Assembly: GCA_041172285.1 (NCBI GenBank)
Contig: JBEDKJ010000021.1
Coordinates: forward strand, 5,093 to 69,092
Direction of reading: 5' to 3'
Source of the DNA: Pseudomonadota bacterium
Lineage (GTDB): Bacteria; Pseudomonadota; Gammaproteobacteria; Burkholderiales; Methylophilaceae
Length of the DNA stretch: 64,000 nt
Shown: one piece after another, positions 9,776 to 19,244 of the stretch
How the letters are laid out: the number at the start of each line of letters is the position of its first letter
Position numbering within the stretch: the first letter of the stretch is position 1
Program-made: the position numbers and the translations under genes
Notes under the pieces: generated by a model
Seen by the model: only the letters and a program-made list of their open reading frames with translations
Database searches by the model: none
What the model was told of the DNA's origin: nothing

Positions 9776-10718
9776 AGCCAAGCTCCTTGATGTCTAAAAT
9801 GGCCTTATCTACGCCGTGCACGACCAAGCCCGGGTCTTGGGTAGTTTCGCCTAGGCAGCATAAATCCAAGCCTAGCTTGTTGCCTAATTGCAGCAACGCA
9901 TCGTGCGATGCTTTGGGTGCAGTAAAGCACAGTTCGTAGTCGTCGCCGCCGCTTAATAGCAGTTTGGCTTGACTAGGTAGGTCGAGTCCGGCGGCTTCTG
10001 GCCAATGGCAAGCGTGTGGCCATTGCGATAAATGCAAGGTGGCGCCCAGATGGGAGGCTTGTAAAATGTGGCTCAAATCGGCTGCTAAGCCGTCGGAAAT
10101 ATCAATGGCGCTGGTGGCTATGCCGCGCAAGGCTAACCCTAAAGCGACGCGTGGTTGCGGGCTGTGTAAGGCAGCGCTGCAGCGGTTGAAATCGTTGGGG
10201 CTGAGAAAGAGCTTGCCTTGTAATTGCGCCAGCGCTAAGGCCGCTAAGCCTAAGGGGCCGGACACCCATATGTCATCGTGCAATTTGGCACCGCTGCGTT
10301 TTAAGGCCTGGCCAGCCGGTGCTTCGCCCATGATTTGCACGCTTAAAGTAAGTGGCCCGCGCGTGGTGTCGCCGCCGATTAGGTCCACGCCAAATGACCC
10401 CGCGCAGGCAAAAAAACCACGCGAGAATTCGGCTAGCCAAGGGTGATCAAGGTTAGGCAAGGCGATGGCCAAAGTGGCCCATTTAGCCTGGGCGCCCATG
10501 GCCGCCATGTCCGACAAATTAACCGCTAAGGCTTTCCAACCTAATTGGTAAGGATCGGCATCGGCAAAAAAATGCGTGCCGGCCACCAGCATGTCGGCGG
10601 AGATGGCCAACTCCATGTTGGGGCTAACCTTAATCAGCGCCGCGTCGTCGCCCACGCCCAGCTCGCTGTGCTGCGGTGCGCGGGTGAAATATTGGCGGAT
10701 GACATCAAACTCGGACAC
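9759..10718 (-). CDS. thiL: Thiamine-monophosphate kinase
   Basis: EFDVIRQYF, GVGDDAA, VNLSDMAAMGA, GGDT, DISDGL, GGDDYELCFT. Real start is the GTG overlapping the mog stop. Confidence 0.95.
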   Translation of the reverse strand: MSEFDVIRQYFTRAPQHSELGVGDDAALIKVSPNMELAISADMLVAGTHFFADADPYQLGWKALAVNLSDMAAMGAQAKWATLAIALPNLDHPWLAEFSRGFFACAGSFGVDLIGGDTTRGPLTLSVQIMGEAPAGQALKRSGAKLHDDIWVSGPLGLAALALAQLQGKLFLSPNDFNRCSAALHSPQPRVALGLALRGIATSAIDISDGLAADLSHILQASHLGATLHLSQWPHACHWPEAAGLDLPSQAKLLLSGGDDYELCFTAPKASHDALLQLGNKLGLDLCCLGETTQDPGLVVHGVDKAILDIKELGFDHFK

Positions 10719-11305
10719 TAGGACACCTTGCTGGCTGATTTTGGGCGAAACGCCGTCACGACCGCCTCGTTGGTGGTCATGTAGGGCGCGCCGATTAAGT
10801 CTAGGCAATAGGGCACGGCGGCAAATATGCCGTGCACGGTTTGCTTGCCTTGCTGGTCTTTTAAGCCGGCTAAGGTTTGCGCGATGGCTTTCGGTTGGCC
10901 AGGTAAGTTAATGATGAGGCATTGCTTGCGTATCACCGCCACTTGCCTGGACAGAATGGCCGTGGGCACAAAGTGCAAGCTGATTTGTCGCATTTGCTCG
11001 CCAAAGCCAGGCATGACCTTATCGGCCACGGCCAAGGTGGCTTCCGGCGTAACGTCGCGCAAGGCCGGGCCGGTGCCGCCGGTGGTTAAAACCAAATGGC
11101 AGTTTTCTTCATCGACCAATTGGCTTAAGGTGGCCTCAATCTCGGCTTGCTCATCGGCGATCAGTCGCTGCACGAAACTAACCGGGCTGGTGACGGCCGA
11201 TTCTAGCCAAGTTTGTAAGGACGGTAGGCCTAAATCCGGGTAAACGCCTTGGCTGGCACGGTCACTAATGGAAACTAAACCAATTTTAATGAATTCTTTT
11301 GTCAT
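10718..11305 (-). CDS. mog: Molybdopterin adenylyltransferase
   Basis: SISDRAS, TTGGTGPALRDVTPEAT, PTAILSRQ, NLPGQPKAI. Confidence 0.95.
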   Translation of the reverse strand: MTKEFIKIGLVSISDRASQGVYPDLGLPSLQTWLESAVTSPVSFVQRLIADEQAEIEATLSQLVDEENCHLVLTTGGTGPALRDVTPEATLAVADKVMPGFGEQMRQISLHFVPTAILSRQVAVIRKQCLIINLPGQPKAIAQTLAGLKDQQGKQTVHGIFAAVPYCLDLIGAPYMTTNEAVVTAFRPKSASKVS

Positions 11306-11369
11306 CTGTTTGTCAGTAGTTGAGCTTTAAGGTTTAATCATACCATTACCAACATTAAAGGACTTTTTC

Positions 11370-12179
11370 ATGCGCACCCCAGACTCTCAATCAGTGAGCA
11401 CAGCCGCGGCTAAACCGGCATTATTTACCAAGCAAAAATTCATGCTGTTTGCGCTATTAAGTGCCGGCACATTGTTGCTTTGCAGTCAGCTTATGGCGGC
11501 CGAAGCCAACCCTTATGCAAAAAATTACAAAGCGCAAAATACCAGCCAGCTTAAATCCTTGAGCGCGCAGCCAGACACCAAAATGCTCTTGAGCAATCAT
11601 AAAGAGGATGACAACATCAGCATGCTCGAAGACGGATACGACATGATGGGTTCCACCGGTTTTTCTGGCACCGATGCGCCCGTGGACGGTGCCTTGCAAT
11701 TTGGTAAAAGCATCAAAGCCGACACGGTATTGGTCTACCGTAAATACGGCTCTGCCAAAACCGGCAGCGCCAAATTTGATTTAATTAAGCAAGCGGCTAA
11801 AACCGGCGGGGAAATAGACGAAAAAGACTTGGTGGAAGAGCCGACTGTGTATAACTATTACGCCAGTTATTGGGCTAAATTGCCCACGCCATTATTGGGT
11901 GTGCACGTGATTAAGTTGGTTAAAGTGGCCAGCGATGAAAACGAAAAAGCCCAAGCCGAGCCAGGCTTAAAGATTCTTGCGGTGATTAAAGAGTCGCCGG
12001 CCGCTAAAGCCAATATCGTTAAAGGCGACAGCTTATTGAAAATAGGCGATCTAGTGTTGAATAAACCAGACGATTTGTTCGCGGCCGTTAAACGCTATGC
12101 TGGTCAAACGGTGGCAATAGAATTGCAACACAATGGTGAGTTGGTGAAAACCAACGTGGCTTTAAACGCTAGACGCTAG
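11370..12179 (+). CDS. Exported protein with C-terminal PDZ domain, function unknown
   Basis: Hydrophobic signal-like segment; PDZ motifs LGVHV, ILAVIKESPAAKANIVKGDSLLKIG. No protease motif seen. Confidence 0.75.
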   Translation: MRTPDSQSVSTAAAKPALFTKQKFMLFALLSAGTLLLCSQLMAAEANPYAKNYKAQNTSQLKSLSAQPDTKMLLSNHKEDDNISMLEDGYDMMGSTGFSGTDAPVDGALQFGKSIKADTVLVYRKYGSAKTGSAKFDLIKQAAKTGGEIDEKDLVEEPTVYNYYASYWAKLPTPLLGVHVIKLVKVASDENEKAQAEPGLKILAVIKESPAAKANIVKGDSLLKIGDLVLNKPDDLFAAVKRYAGQTVAIELQHNGELVKTNVALNARR

Positions 12180-12194
12180 TCAGCGAGAAAGCAT

Positions 12195-13430
12195 TTAATC
12201 CTCAAGTAGATCGAGTTTTTGCGCAAGCCACTTGGTGCTGGTGGCTTGCAATAAAATGGTCAGCAATATCGCCATGAAGGTTACCGCGGCGATCACGTCA
12301 CTGTAAGCCACCTTCATTCCCACCAGCATGCCGGCTAATGCGCCTGGAATCACCCCGGTTTCGCGCGTCCAACACATGAATAAGCGCTCTTTAAGGGTCC
12401 ATTTGGCTTTGCGATTGGGCAGGGTGCAAGCGAACACCACCATAGGCCGTGACAAGAAGATGAAGGCTGCAACGACGGCCAATGCCCCCCAGAAATACTG
12501 CTGCAATAAGGCGAAGTCTACTTGCGAACCGAGCAAGATGAATATGAACATGCGCATCATCAATGAGGTGGTTGAGATGAAATCCTCTAGCTTATTGGCT
12601 TCTTCGGTCGCCATTTGAAAGCCTAGCAAGTCTTTATTGCCCAGCACCATACCAAACACAAACACCGCCATGAAACCGCTGGCATGTAATTGGTCAACGC
12701 TGAGGTAAGCGCCGGCTACGGCCATCAAGGTGACCACTGGAGTGTATTCGGATAAGAAGCTGAGTTTTTCATGGGCAATCAATAAGGCCGCGGCATAACC
12801 AAATAGTGCGCCACCGAGTATGCCAAGCAAGGTTTGTTGCAGCAGGGCCATTAGGCTGGCGCCAACTGAAAAATCGCCGCCGGATAGGGCGATGCCTAAC
12901 ACGGCGAAGGTCAAAATTGCACCCATGGCATCGTTCAAAGCCGATTCACTCATGACGGTTTGCGCCACCTTGGCTCGCACTTTGACTTGCCTAAAGACCG
13001 GCACCAAGGTGGCCGGGTCGGTGGAAGCGATGACCGCGCCTAACAACAAGGCGAAAATAAAAGGCAAATGCAGAAAATATTGGGCGGCAACAGCGGTGAC
13101 CACGGCGCTGATTAATACGCCTACGGTGGCCATGGAAAGCAGGCTGGGCCAAACCGATTTGAGCACGTTTAAGCGCACGCTGGCACCGCCGTCAAACAAG
13201 ATGTAGCAAGAGCCAAAAATAAGCAACAATTGATTTAAGGTGGAATCCACTTTTACATCGATAACAGCAAAGCCGGCACCGCCTAATAGCATGCCGGCGA
13301 CTAAAAATAAGACCACATCGGGAATTTTGATTAGACGAGCAAGAAAGCCAGTGGCCGTGCCCACGCCCAAAATCAGGCCGATTAAGAAGAGTATTTCTTT
13401 GGCATGCAAAATGCTGGCAGTGTTTTCCAT
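12195..13430 (-). CDS. CPA1/NhaP-type cation:proton antiporter
   Basis: About 12-13 hydrophobic segments; ILFDGG, ASTDPATL, ESALND motifs. Confidence 0.88.
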   Translation of the reverse strand: MENTASILHAKEILFLIGLILGVGTATGFLARLIKIPDVVLFLVAGMLLGGAGFAVIDVKVDSTLNQLLLIFGSCYILFDGGASVRLNVLKSVWPSLLSMATVGVLISAVVTAVAAQYFLHLPFIFALLLGAVIASTDPATLVPVFRQVKVRAKVAQTVMSESALNDAMGAILTFAVLGIALSGGDFSVGASLMALLQQTLLGILGGALFGYAAALLIAHEKLSFLSEYTPVVTLMAVAGAYLSVDQLHASGFMAVFVFGMVLGNKDLLGFQMATEEANKLEDFISTTSLMMRMFIFILLGSQVDFALLQQYFWGALAVVAAFIFLSRPMVVFACTLPNRKAKWTLKERLFMCWTRETGVIPGALAGMLVGMKVAYSDVIAAVTFMAILLTILLQATSTKWLAQKLDLLED

Positions 13431-13449
13431 AATGAATTCGCTCTATGGC

Positions 13450-14052
13450 TTAGCTGAGGTTGGGGGTCACCGAGTAATTGTCATTGGCGTCGCTGTTGTC
13501 TTGCGACTCTTGGGTGACGTCGCGCAACACTTTAAAAATTTCGCGGCTGCTTTTCGGCGGCTTGCCGGCGGCCAATTCTTTTTGCGCATTGCGCACCAGG
13601 GTGCGCAATTGCTGTATGTCGGTTTGCGGATAAAGGGCGATGAATTCCGATAAGGCGTTGGCCTCTTTAATCATGCGATCGCGCCACCGTTCTAGGCCAT
13701 GGAAATAAGCATTTTCGGCGCTGTGCTTGCCGTCCCAGCGCGCCAATTGTTCTAGGATGGGCGCGTTATCGATGTCGCGCATGAGTCGACCAAGGTATTG
13801 CTTATGCCGACGGATGGCGCCGTTCGCGGTGATTTTTTTGCTGTCTAACACGGCGGTGAGCACGGCTTCGGGCAAATCCAATTTAAGCAATTTGTCTTTG
13901 GGTAGCTCGGTTAGACGCACGCCTAAGGCTTGCTGGTCGTCGGCCTCGGCTTTGAGTTGGGTCTTGCTGATGGGCTCATCGGCATTCAGTTTTGAGGCCA
14001 GATTGGCGTCGTAGCTAAAATCAGTGCCGCTGTTTGTCTTTTTGGCTTTCAT
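13450..14052 (-). CDS. yjgA: Ribosome biogenesis factor YjgA/DarP (DUF615)
   Basis: SKTQLK, RRHKQYLGRLMR, LERWRDR, QQLRTLVRNA; divergent from pmbA. Confidence 0.92.
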   Translation of the reverse strand: MKAKKTNSGTDFSYDANLASKLNADEPISKTQLKAEADDQQALGVRLTELPKDKLLKLDLPEAVLTAVLDSKKITANGAIRRHKQYLGRLMRDIDNAPILEQLARWDGKHSAENAYFHGLERWRDRMIKEANALSEFIALYPQTDIQQLRTLVRNAQKELAAGKPPKSSREIFKVLRDVTQESQDNSDANDNYSVTPNLS

Positions 14053-14162
14053 GTTGCGGTATTATAACAGCCTTGCTGGATTGGTGCTGTCGGCTTGAGT
14101 CGCAGGCGGGCGCCAGCCATTAGGCTACAAATACGCAGCACAACATTCACTATGGAAATAGC

Positions 14163-15503
14163 ATGGCTAACACAGGGTTTAGTTACAGTTTAGATGAAAT
14201 TAAGCAGATGTCGCATGACGTGCTCAAGCTTGCCAAAAAGCACGGCGCCAGCGCGGCGGAATCAGAAGTTAGCCTGAGCATGGGCCAGAACGTCTCGGTG
14301 CGTTTGAATGAAGTGGAAAACATCGAATACAACCGCGATAAAGGCATGTCAATCACGGTCTTTTTTGGCCAACAAAAAGGCCACGCCAGCACCTCCGATT
14401 TAACTCAAGCCGCTTTGCATGACACCGTGGTGGCGGCATGCAACATCGCCAAGTACACTGCCCAAGACGCCTATTGCGGTTTGGCCGACGCCGATTTGAT
14501 GGCACAAGCTGTGCCGGACTTGCAATTGCATCACCCATGGGGCATCACCGTCGATGAGGCCATTGCACTGGCTAAGCGCTGCGAAGCGGCAGCCTTGGCG
14601 GTGGATAAGCGCATCGGCAACTCAGAGGGCGCTAGCGTATCGACTGGCGAAGGCTATTTTGCTTACAGCAATAGCCATGGTTTTACCGGCGGTTACCCCA
14701 GTTCCCGACACGGCATCAGTTGCTCGGTGATCGCCGAAGCGGACGACAGCATGCAACGGGATTATTGGTACAGCACTGCCCGCGCGGCGGATGACTTGCA
14801 GGCTGTGGAAGCCATAGGACGCATTGCCGGTGAGCGCACCCTGCGTCGCCTGCATTCAAGAAAAATCAGCACTTGCCAAGTGCCTGTGTTGTTTGAAGCG
14901 CCGCTCGCCAGTGGCTTAATAGGCACCTTGATTAGCGCTATTTCCGGCGGCAGTTTGTACCGCAAATCGTCTTTTCTATTGGACAGCTTGGGCCAACAGA
15001 TTGCCAGCCCTTTGCTCAATATAGTCGAGGACCCGCATTTATTAAAAGGCCTGGCCAGTAGCCCCTTTGACAGCGAAGGCGTCACCACCCAGCCTAGGCA
15101 ATTGGTCAAAGATGGCGTCTTGCAAGGTTACGTGCTGGGCAGTTATTCGGCGCGTAAATTGGGCATGAAAAGCACCGGCAATGCTGGCGGCAACCACAAT
15201 TTGCTGGTGCAATCCGGCCCGCATGATTTTGCCGGCATGTTGCAACAAATGGGCACCGGTTTGCTGGTGACCGAGTTATTGGGTAGCGGCGTAAACCCAG
15301 TAACGGGTGATTACTCTAGAGGGGCAGCAGGCTTTTGGGTGGAGAACGGCGTCATTGTGCATGCGGTGGAGGAAATCACCATCGCTAGCAATATGCGCGA
15401 CATGCTAAAGGGCATAATCGGTATTGGTTCGGATGTGTTGGTGCAGAATTCGAAACAAGTGGGCTCAATACTGATTGAGCGTATGACGGTGGCCTGCGAG
15501 TAA
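14163..15503 (+). CDS. pmbA: Metalloprotease PmbA/TldE
   Basis: MQRDYWY, PFDSEG, STGNAGG, GVNPVTGDYSRGAAGFWVENG. Confidence 0.95.
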   Translation: MANTGFSYSLDEIKQMSHDVLKLAKKHGASAAESEVSLSMGQNVSVRLNEVENIEYNRDKGMSITVFFGQQKGHASTSDLTQAALHDTVVAACNIAKYTAQDAYCGLADADLMAQAVPDLQLHHPWGITVDEAIALAKRCEAAALAVDKRIGNSEGASVSTGEGYFAYSNSHGFTGGYPSSRHGISCSVIAEADDSMQRDYWYSTARAADDLQAVEAIGRIAGERTLRRLHSRKISTCQVPVLFEAPLASGLIGTLISAISGGSLYRKSSFLLDSLGQQIASPLLNIVEDPHLLKGLASSPFDSEGVTTQPRQLVKDGVLQGYVLGSYSARKLGMKSTGNAGGNHNLLVQSGPHDFAGMLQQMGTGLLVTELLGSGVNPVTGDYSRGAAGFWVENGVIVHAVEEITIASNMRDMLKGIIGIGSDVLVQNSKQVGSILIERMTVACE

Positions 15504-15528
15504 CAATCTTAGCCGCAAGCCCTGCGGT

Positions 15529-16257
15529 TTATTCGTCGTCTTTAATAAATTCTTCTGGGACTATGCCGTCTTGAACCAAGCTGGCGCGACGTTGTAGGTA
15601 AGCATCGCGGGTGAAGGCGTAAGGGTCTAGCGACGCCTCATCTATCAAATCCGTGGCCGTTAAAAGCTCAGCACGTTTGTCTATCAGTTGACCGACACGT
15701 AGTTGGTTGTGCAAGCGCACGTCGCCTTTGCGGTGTGCGTATGCAATCGGATCGGTAGTGGCCAAGTCGAATACCAAGCCGGTGGTATCACGTAAGCTGG
15801 ATGGGCCTAGTATAGGCAATACCAAGTAAGCGCCATCGCTGACACCCCAATGGCCTAAGGTTTGACCAAAATCTTCCTTGTGTTTAGGCACGTTATCCAT
15901 GCTCGCCACATCAAAGAAGCCAGCAATACCGACCGTGCTGTTGATAATAAAACGGCCGGCATCGGTGAAGGCATGGCCAAATTTAAACTGCAATAAATCG
16001 TTGAATACCGTGGTAAGTGACGTCAGGTTTTCATAGAAATTGTTAATGCCTTTGCGTATCGGTGACGGCGTGATGGTTTGGTAAACCGAGGCGACCGGTT
16101 TAATTAAGGCTTTATCGGCCACGTCATTGAATTTATAAATGCCGCGGTTCATGCCTTCCAAGGGGTCTTTATTGCCTTGCGTGGCGCAAGCTGATAGCAA
16201 AGCCAAGCATGCCACTAAGATTATTTTTTTGCCAAATGCCATCGTGTTTGTTTGCAT
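15529..16257 (-). CDS. mlaA: MlaA/VacJ family outer-membrane lipoprotein
   Basis: Lipobox LSAC; DPLEGMNR, RFIINSTVG, EDFGQTLG, YLVLPILGPSS, DPYAFTRDAYLQRR. Confidence 0.93.
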   Translation of the reverse strand: MQTNTMAFGKKIILVACLALLSACATQGNKDPLEGMNRGIYKFNDVADKALIKPVASVYQTITPSPIRKGINNFYENLTSLTTVFNDLLQFKFGHAFTDAGRFIINSTVGIAGFFDVASMDNVPKHKEDFGQTLGHWGVSDGAYLVLPILGPSSLRDTTGLVFDLATTDPIAYAHRKGDVRLHNQLRVGQLIDKRAELLTATDLIDEASLDPYAFTRDAYLQRRASLVQDGIVPEEFIKDDE

Positions 16258-16422
16258 CTTATTCGCCTTTAATCGAGACTTTTTCTCAATAACATCCGCT
16301 TACGTTTGTTGTTGAGGCAGCCCTCGTTTTTATCTGCTGTTACTTTAACCGAGCAGGTGTGGGTTGTCTAGCTTTTTGGCTTTTTTACCACAAGCTTGTT
16401 GTATTTTTACACTTTACTTTTG

Positions 16423-17862
16423 TTATGCAATGGGTCTGTTTTTGTAAAGAGCGAGAGCCAAACCGCGCTGAGTGGCATGATCTACAATAGGCGCTGGGTA
16501 ATCCTCGCCCAGCCTCAAATTAAGCGCTTGCAATCGGTCGGCAGACAGCAGCCATGGCGCGTGAATTTCCTTGTCGTTGCAGGCGGCTAATTCGGGCACA
16601 TAACGGCGTATGAATTTGCCGGCCGCGTCAAAGCGTTCGCTTTGCGTGGTCGGGTTAAAAATTCTAAACCAAGGCTGGGCATCGCAACCGGTGCTGGCTG
16701 CCCATTGCCAACCGCCGTTATTGGCGCTGAAGTCAAAATCGATTAACTGCTCAGCAAAATAGCGCTCGCCCCAACGCCAATCGATGAGTAAGTCTTTGAC
16801 TAAAAAGCTGGCGGCTATCATGCGTAAGCGGTTGTGCATAAAGCCGCTGCTATTTAGTTGGCGCATGGCGGCATCGACTAAGGGGTAGCCAGTGCGGCCT
16901 TCACACCAGGCGGCAAATAAGTTGGGGTCGTTGCTAAAAGCCAGGTGTTCAAATTCGGCTTTGTAGGCTAGCCCGGCAGCAAGCTGGGGATGGTGGTGCA
17001 GAAGTTGCACGTAAAATTCTCGCCAAATCAGCTCGCTTAGCCAAGTTTCGGCGCCGGCGTTGTGTTCTTGTCTGGCTGTCCTGGCCAAGTGCCTTACAGA
17101 TACGGTGCCAAAGCGCAAATGCACCGACAAATAAGACACGCCTTTTACTGCGGGAAAGTTGCGCGCGTCTTGGTATTGGCCCATGCGCTTTTTAAAATCC
17201 TCAAACAAAGCCAAGCCGCCTTGCATGCCGGTTTTAATGCCCAGTTCAGTTAAGTTGGTTGCTGCAAAGCCTAGGCTGGCTAAGCTGGGTAGGGCGCTAG
17301 GCTGGCTAATGGGGGCGAGGTTTTTTATTTGGCTTTCGACCGGGTAGGGCTGCAAGTGGCCATCCTCTAGGGTTTTTAACCAGGCATTTTTATAGGGGGT
17401 GAACACGCCATAGGGTTTGCCTGTTTGCGTGAGGATCTCGTTTTTTTCAAAAATGACTTGGTCTTTGAAATGGTGAAATGCGCGGTTTTCTTCCTGCAAA
17501 CGCGAGGCCACCTTTGCGTCACGGGCGATGGCGGCGGGTTCGTAGTCGTGGTTGCAGAACACTGCATCCACGTGCAATTGGTCGGCTAATTTGGGGATCT
17601 CATCGCTGGCACGACCGTGTAAAACCATCAAGTCGCCACCTTGTTTTTGCAAGGCGGTTTTGAGCTCACTGACGGCCAGCCAAATGAATTCGACGCGGCG
17701 ATCGGCTTTGTTTTTTAGTAGGTCCAGTATTTCGCTATCAAACACAAACACGCAGTAAACCTGACGAGCGGTGCTGAGCGCTTGGTAGAGAGCGGCGTGG
17801 TCGTAATCACGCAGGTCGCGCCTAAACCAAACCAAGGCTTTTTCGTAGGTATTCGGGGCCAT
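16423..17862 (-). CDS. phrB: Deoxyribodipyrimidine photo-lyase (CPD photolyase family)
   Basis: WFRRDLR, SYLSVHLRFG, LIWREFY, TGYPLVDAAMRQL, MHNRLRM, NNGGWQW, RIFNP. Confidence 0.92.
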   Translation of the reverse strand: MAPNTYEKALVWFRRDLRDYDHAALYQALSTARQVYCVFVFDSEILDLLKNKADRRVEFIWLAVSELKTALQKQGGDLMVLHGRASDEIPKLADQLHVDAVFCNHDYEPAAIARDAKVASRLQEENRAFHHFKDQVIFEKNEILTQTGKPYGVFTPYKNAWLKTLEDGHLQPYPVESQIKNLAPISQPSALPSLASLGFAATNLTELGIKTGMQGGLALFEDFKKRMGQYQDARNFPAVKGVSYLSVHLRFGTVSVRHLARTARQEHNAGAETWLSELIWREFYVQLLHHHPQLAAGLAYKAEFEHLAFSNDPNLFAAWCEGRTGYPLVDAAMRQLNSSGFMHNRLRMIAASFLVKDLLIDWRWGERYFAEQLIDFDFSANNGGWQWAASTGCDAQPWFRIFNPTTQSERFDAAGKFIRRYVPELAACNDKEIHAPWLLSADRLQALNLRLGEDYPAPIVDHATQRGLALALYKNRPIA

Positions 17863-17864
17863 GC

Positions 17865-18332
17865 TTACTCGCGGTGGTAGGGATGATTGCTAATGACCGA
17901 ATGCGCTCGGTAAAGTTGCTCGGCCAATAGCACGCGCACCATGGCATGCGGCAGCGTGAGTTTAGACAAAGCCCATAGCCAATCGGCTTTTTGCTTGACG
18001 CTGGCGTGCAGTCCGTCGGCGCCGCCTATGACCAAAGCCACGTCGCGGCCGTGGCTTTGCCAATCACGCAATTTGTCGGCCAATTGCAAGGTGCCGACTT
18101 CGGCGCCCCGTTCGTCTAGGGCGACGCAATAGTCTTTGCCTACGGCCTCGATGATGCGCTTGGCTTCGATGAGTTGGATGTTTTCAGTGCTGTTGCCGGC
18201 GGCGCGTTTCTCCGGCTTGATTTCGATGATGTCTAGGCTTAATTCGCGCGGCATGCGCTTGGCGTATTCCTGGCAAGCGGTGTCTACCCATGCCGGCATT
18301 TTGTGACCAACCGAGATGATGCGCAATTTCAA
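17865..18332 (-). CDS. rlmH: 23S rRNA m3-pseudouridine1915 methyltransferase
   Basis: LDERG, IGGADGL, LTLPHAMVR, EQLYRA, HPYHRE. Confidence 0.96.
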   Translation of the reverse strand: MKLRIISVGHKMPAWVDTACQEYAKRMPRELSLDIIEIKPEKRAAGNSTENIQLIEAKRIIEAVGKDYCVALDERGAEVGTLQLADKLRDWQSHGRDVALVIGGADGLHASVKQKADWLWALSKLTLPHAMVRVLLAEQLYRAHSVISNHPYHRE

Positions 18333-18360
18333 TGCTTACAACCCGCTAGTCACTTGAGGA

Positions 18361-18762
18361 CTAGGCCTCGCCGTGATCGGCTTTGATGTGGCCGCGACGC
18401 GTTTCTGCTTCGCCCCAAAGTTGTTCTAGGTTGTAGTAGGCACGCGTGGTCGGCACCATGATGTGGGCAACGATGTCGTTTAAATCCACCAACACCCATT
18501 CGCCTTCCTTTTCGCCTTCGGTACCGCGTATGGCGTAGCCTTTTTCTTTGATCTTCTCGCGGACGTTGTCGGCGATGGCTTTGGCCTGACGGCTGGAGGT
18601 GGCACTGGCGACGATCATGTAGCTGGTCATGGAGGTCAGTTTGCGTACGTCCATAACCGTGATGTCAAAGCCCTTGATGTCTTCGATGGCGTCGACGACC
18701 GCGAGCTTTAAGCCCTCTAAATAATTGGCGTCGGATTTATTCGGATCTAATTCTGTTGTCAT
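18361..18762 (-). CDS. rsfS: Ribosome silencing factor
   Basis: EDIKGFDI, SSRQAKA, WVLVDLND, RAYYNLEQLW; upstream of rlmH. Confidence 0.95.
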   Translation of the reverse strand: MTTELDPNKSDANYLEGLKLAVVDAIEDIKGFDITVMDVRKLTSMTSYMIVASATSSRQAKAIADNVREKIKEKGYAIRGTEGEKEGEWVLVDLNDIVAHIMVPTTRAYYNLEQLWGEAETRRGHIKADHGEA

Positions 18763-19142
18763 TAAGTGGCCTGTACGGGAATGGCGTTGCGTTGGGATAA
18801 AATGCGGTTTTTATGGTCCACGTAGACCAATTTTGGTGTGAAATTTTCTAACTCTATGGCCTGGTAATCGGCGTAGCTGGCAATGATGACTATGTCTTTT
18901 GGGGCGGCTTTGTGGGCGGCTGCGCCGTTGACGGAGATGATCCCAGAATCGCGTTCAGCACGAATGGCGTAGGTGCTAAAGCGCTCGCCATTGGTGATGT
19001 TGTATAGGTGGATTTGTTCGTATTCCTTTATGTCTGCGGCTTCCAGCAAGGTTTCGTCGATGGCACAACTGCCTTCGTATTCGAGTTCACTGTGCGTGAC
19101 ATGCACGCGATGCAGTTTAGATTTGAGCATGGTTCTTTGCAT
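18762..19142 (-). CDS. panD: Aspartate 1-decarboxylase
   Basis: [16 protein letters not shown] autocleavage site, [14 protein letters not shown]. Start trimmed relative to the ORF track. Confidence 0.96.
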   Translation of the reverse strand: MQRTMLKSKLHRVHVTHSELEYEGSCAIDETLLEAADIKEYEQIHLYNITNGERFSTYAIRAERDSGIISVNGAAAHKAAPKDIVIIASYADYQAIELENFTPKLVYVDHKNRILSQRNAIPVQAT

Positions 19143-19172
19143 GCGATTTAACCTAGTTTTAAAAGGGAGTGC

Positions 19173-19201
19173 ATTATAGTCCTTATAAGCCTTTGTTCCA
19201 A
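19173..19201 (-). promoter_or_regulatory. Putative internal sigma70 promoter for panD-rsfS-rlmH-phrB
   Basis: TTGGAA-17 nt-TATAAT followed by GCACTCCC in the panC-panD gap. Confidence 0.55.
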
Positions 19202-19244
19202 TGGTCAATTCATGCCATCGTGGCAAACCGGCGAAATAGCAGGT

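Noticed and set aside
16396-16590. 64-aa plus-strand ORF
   Set aside because: Antisense to the photolyase 3' end, TTG start, no supporting signals.
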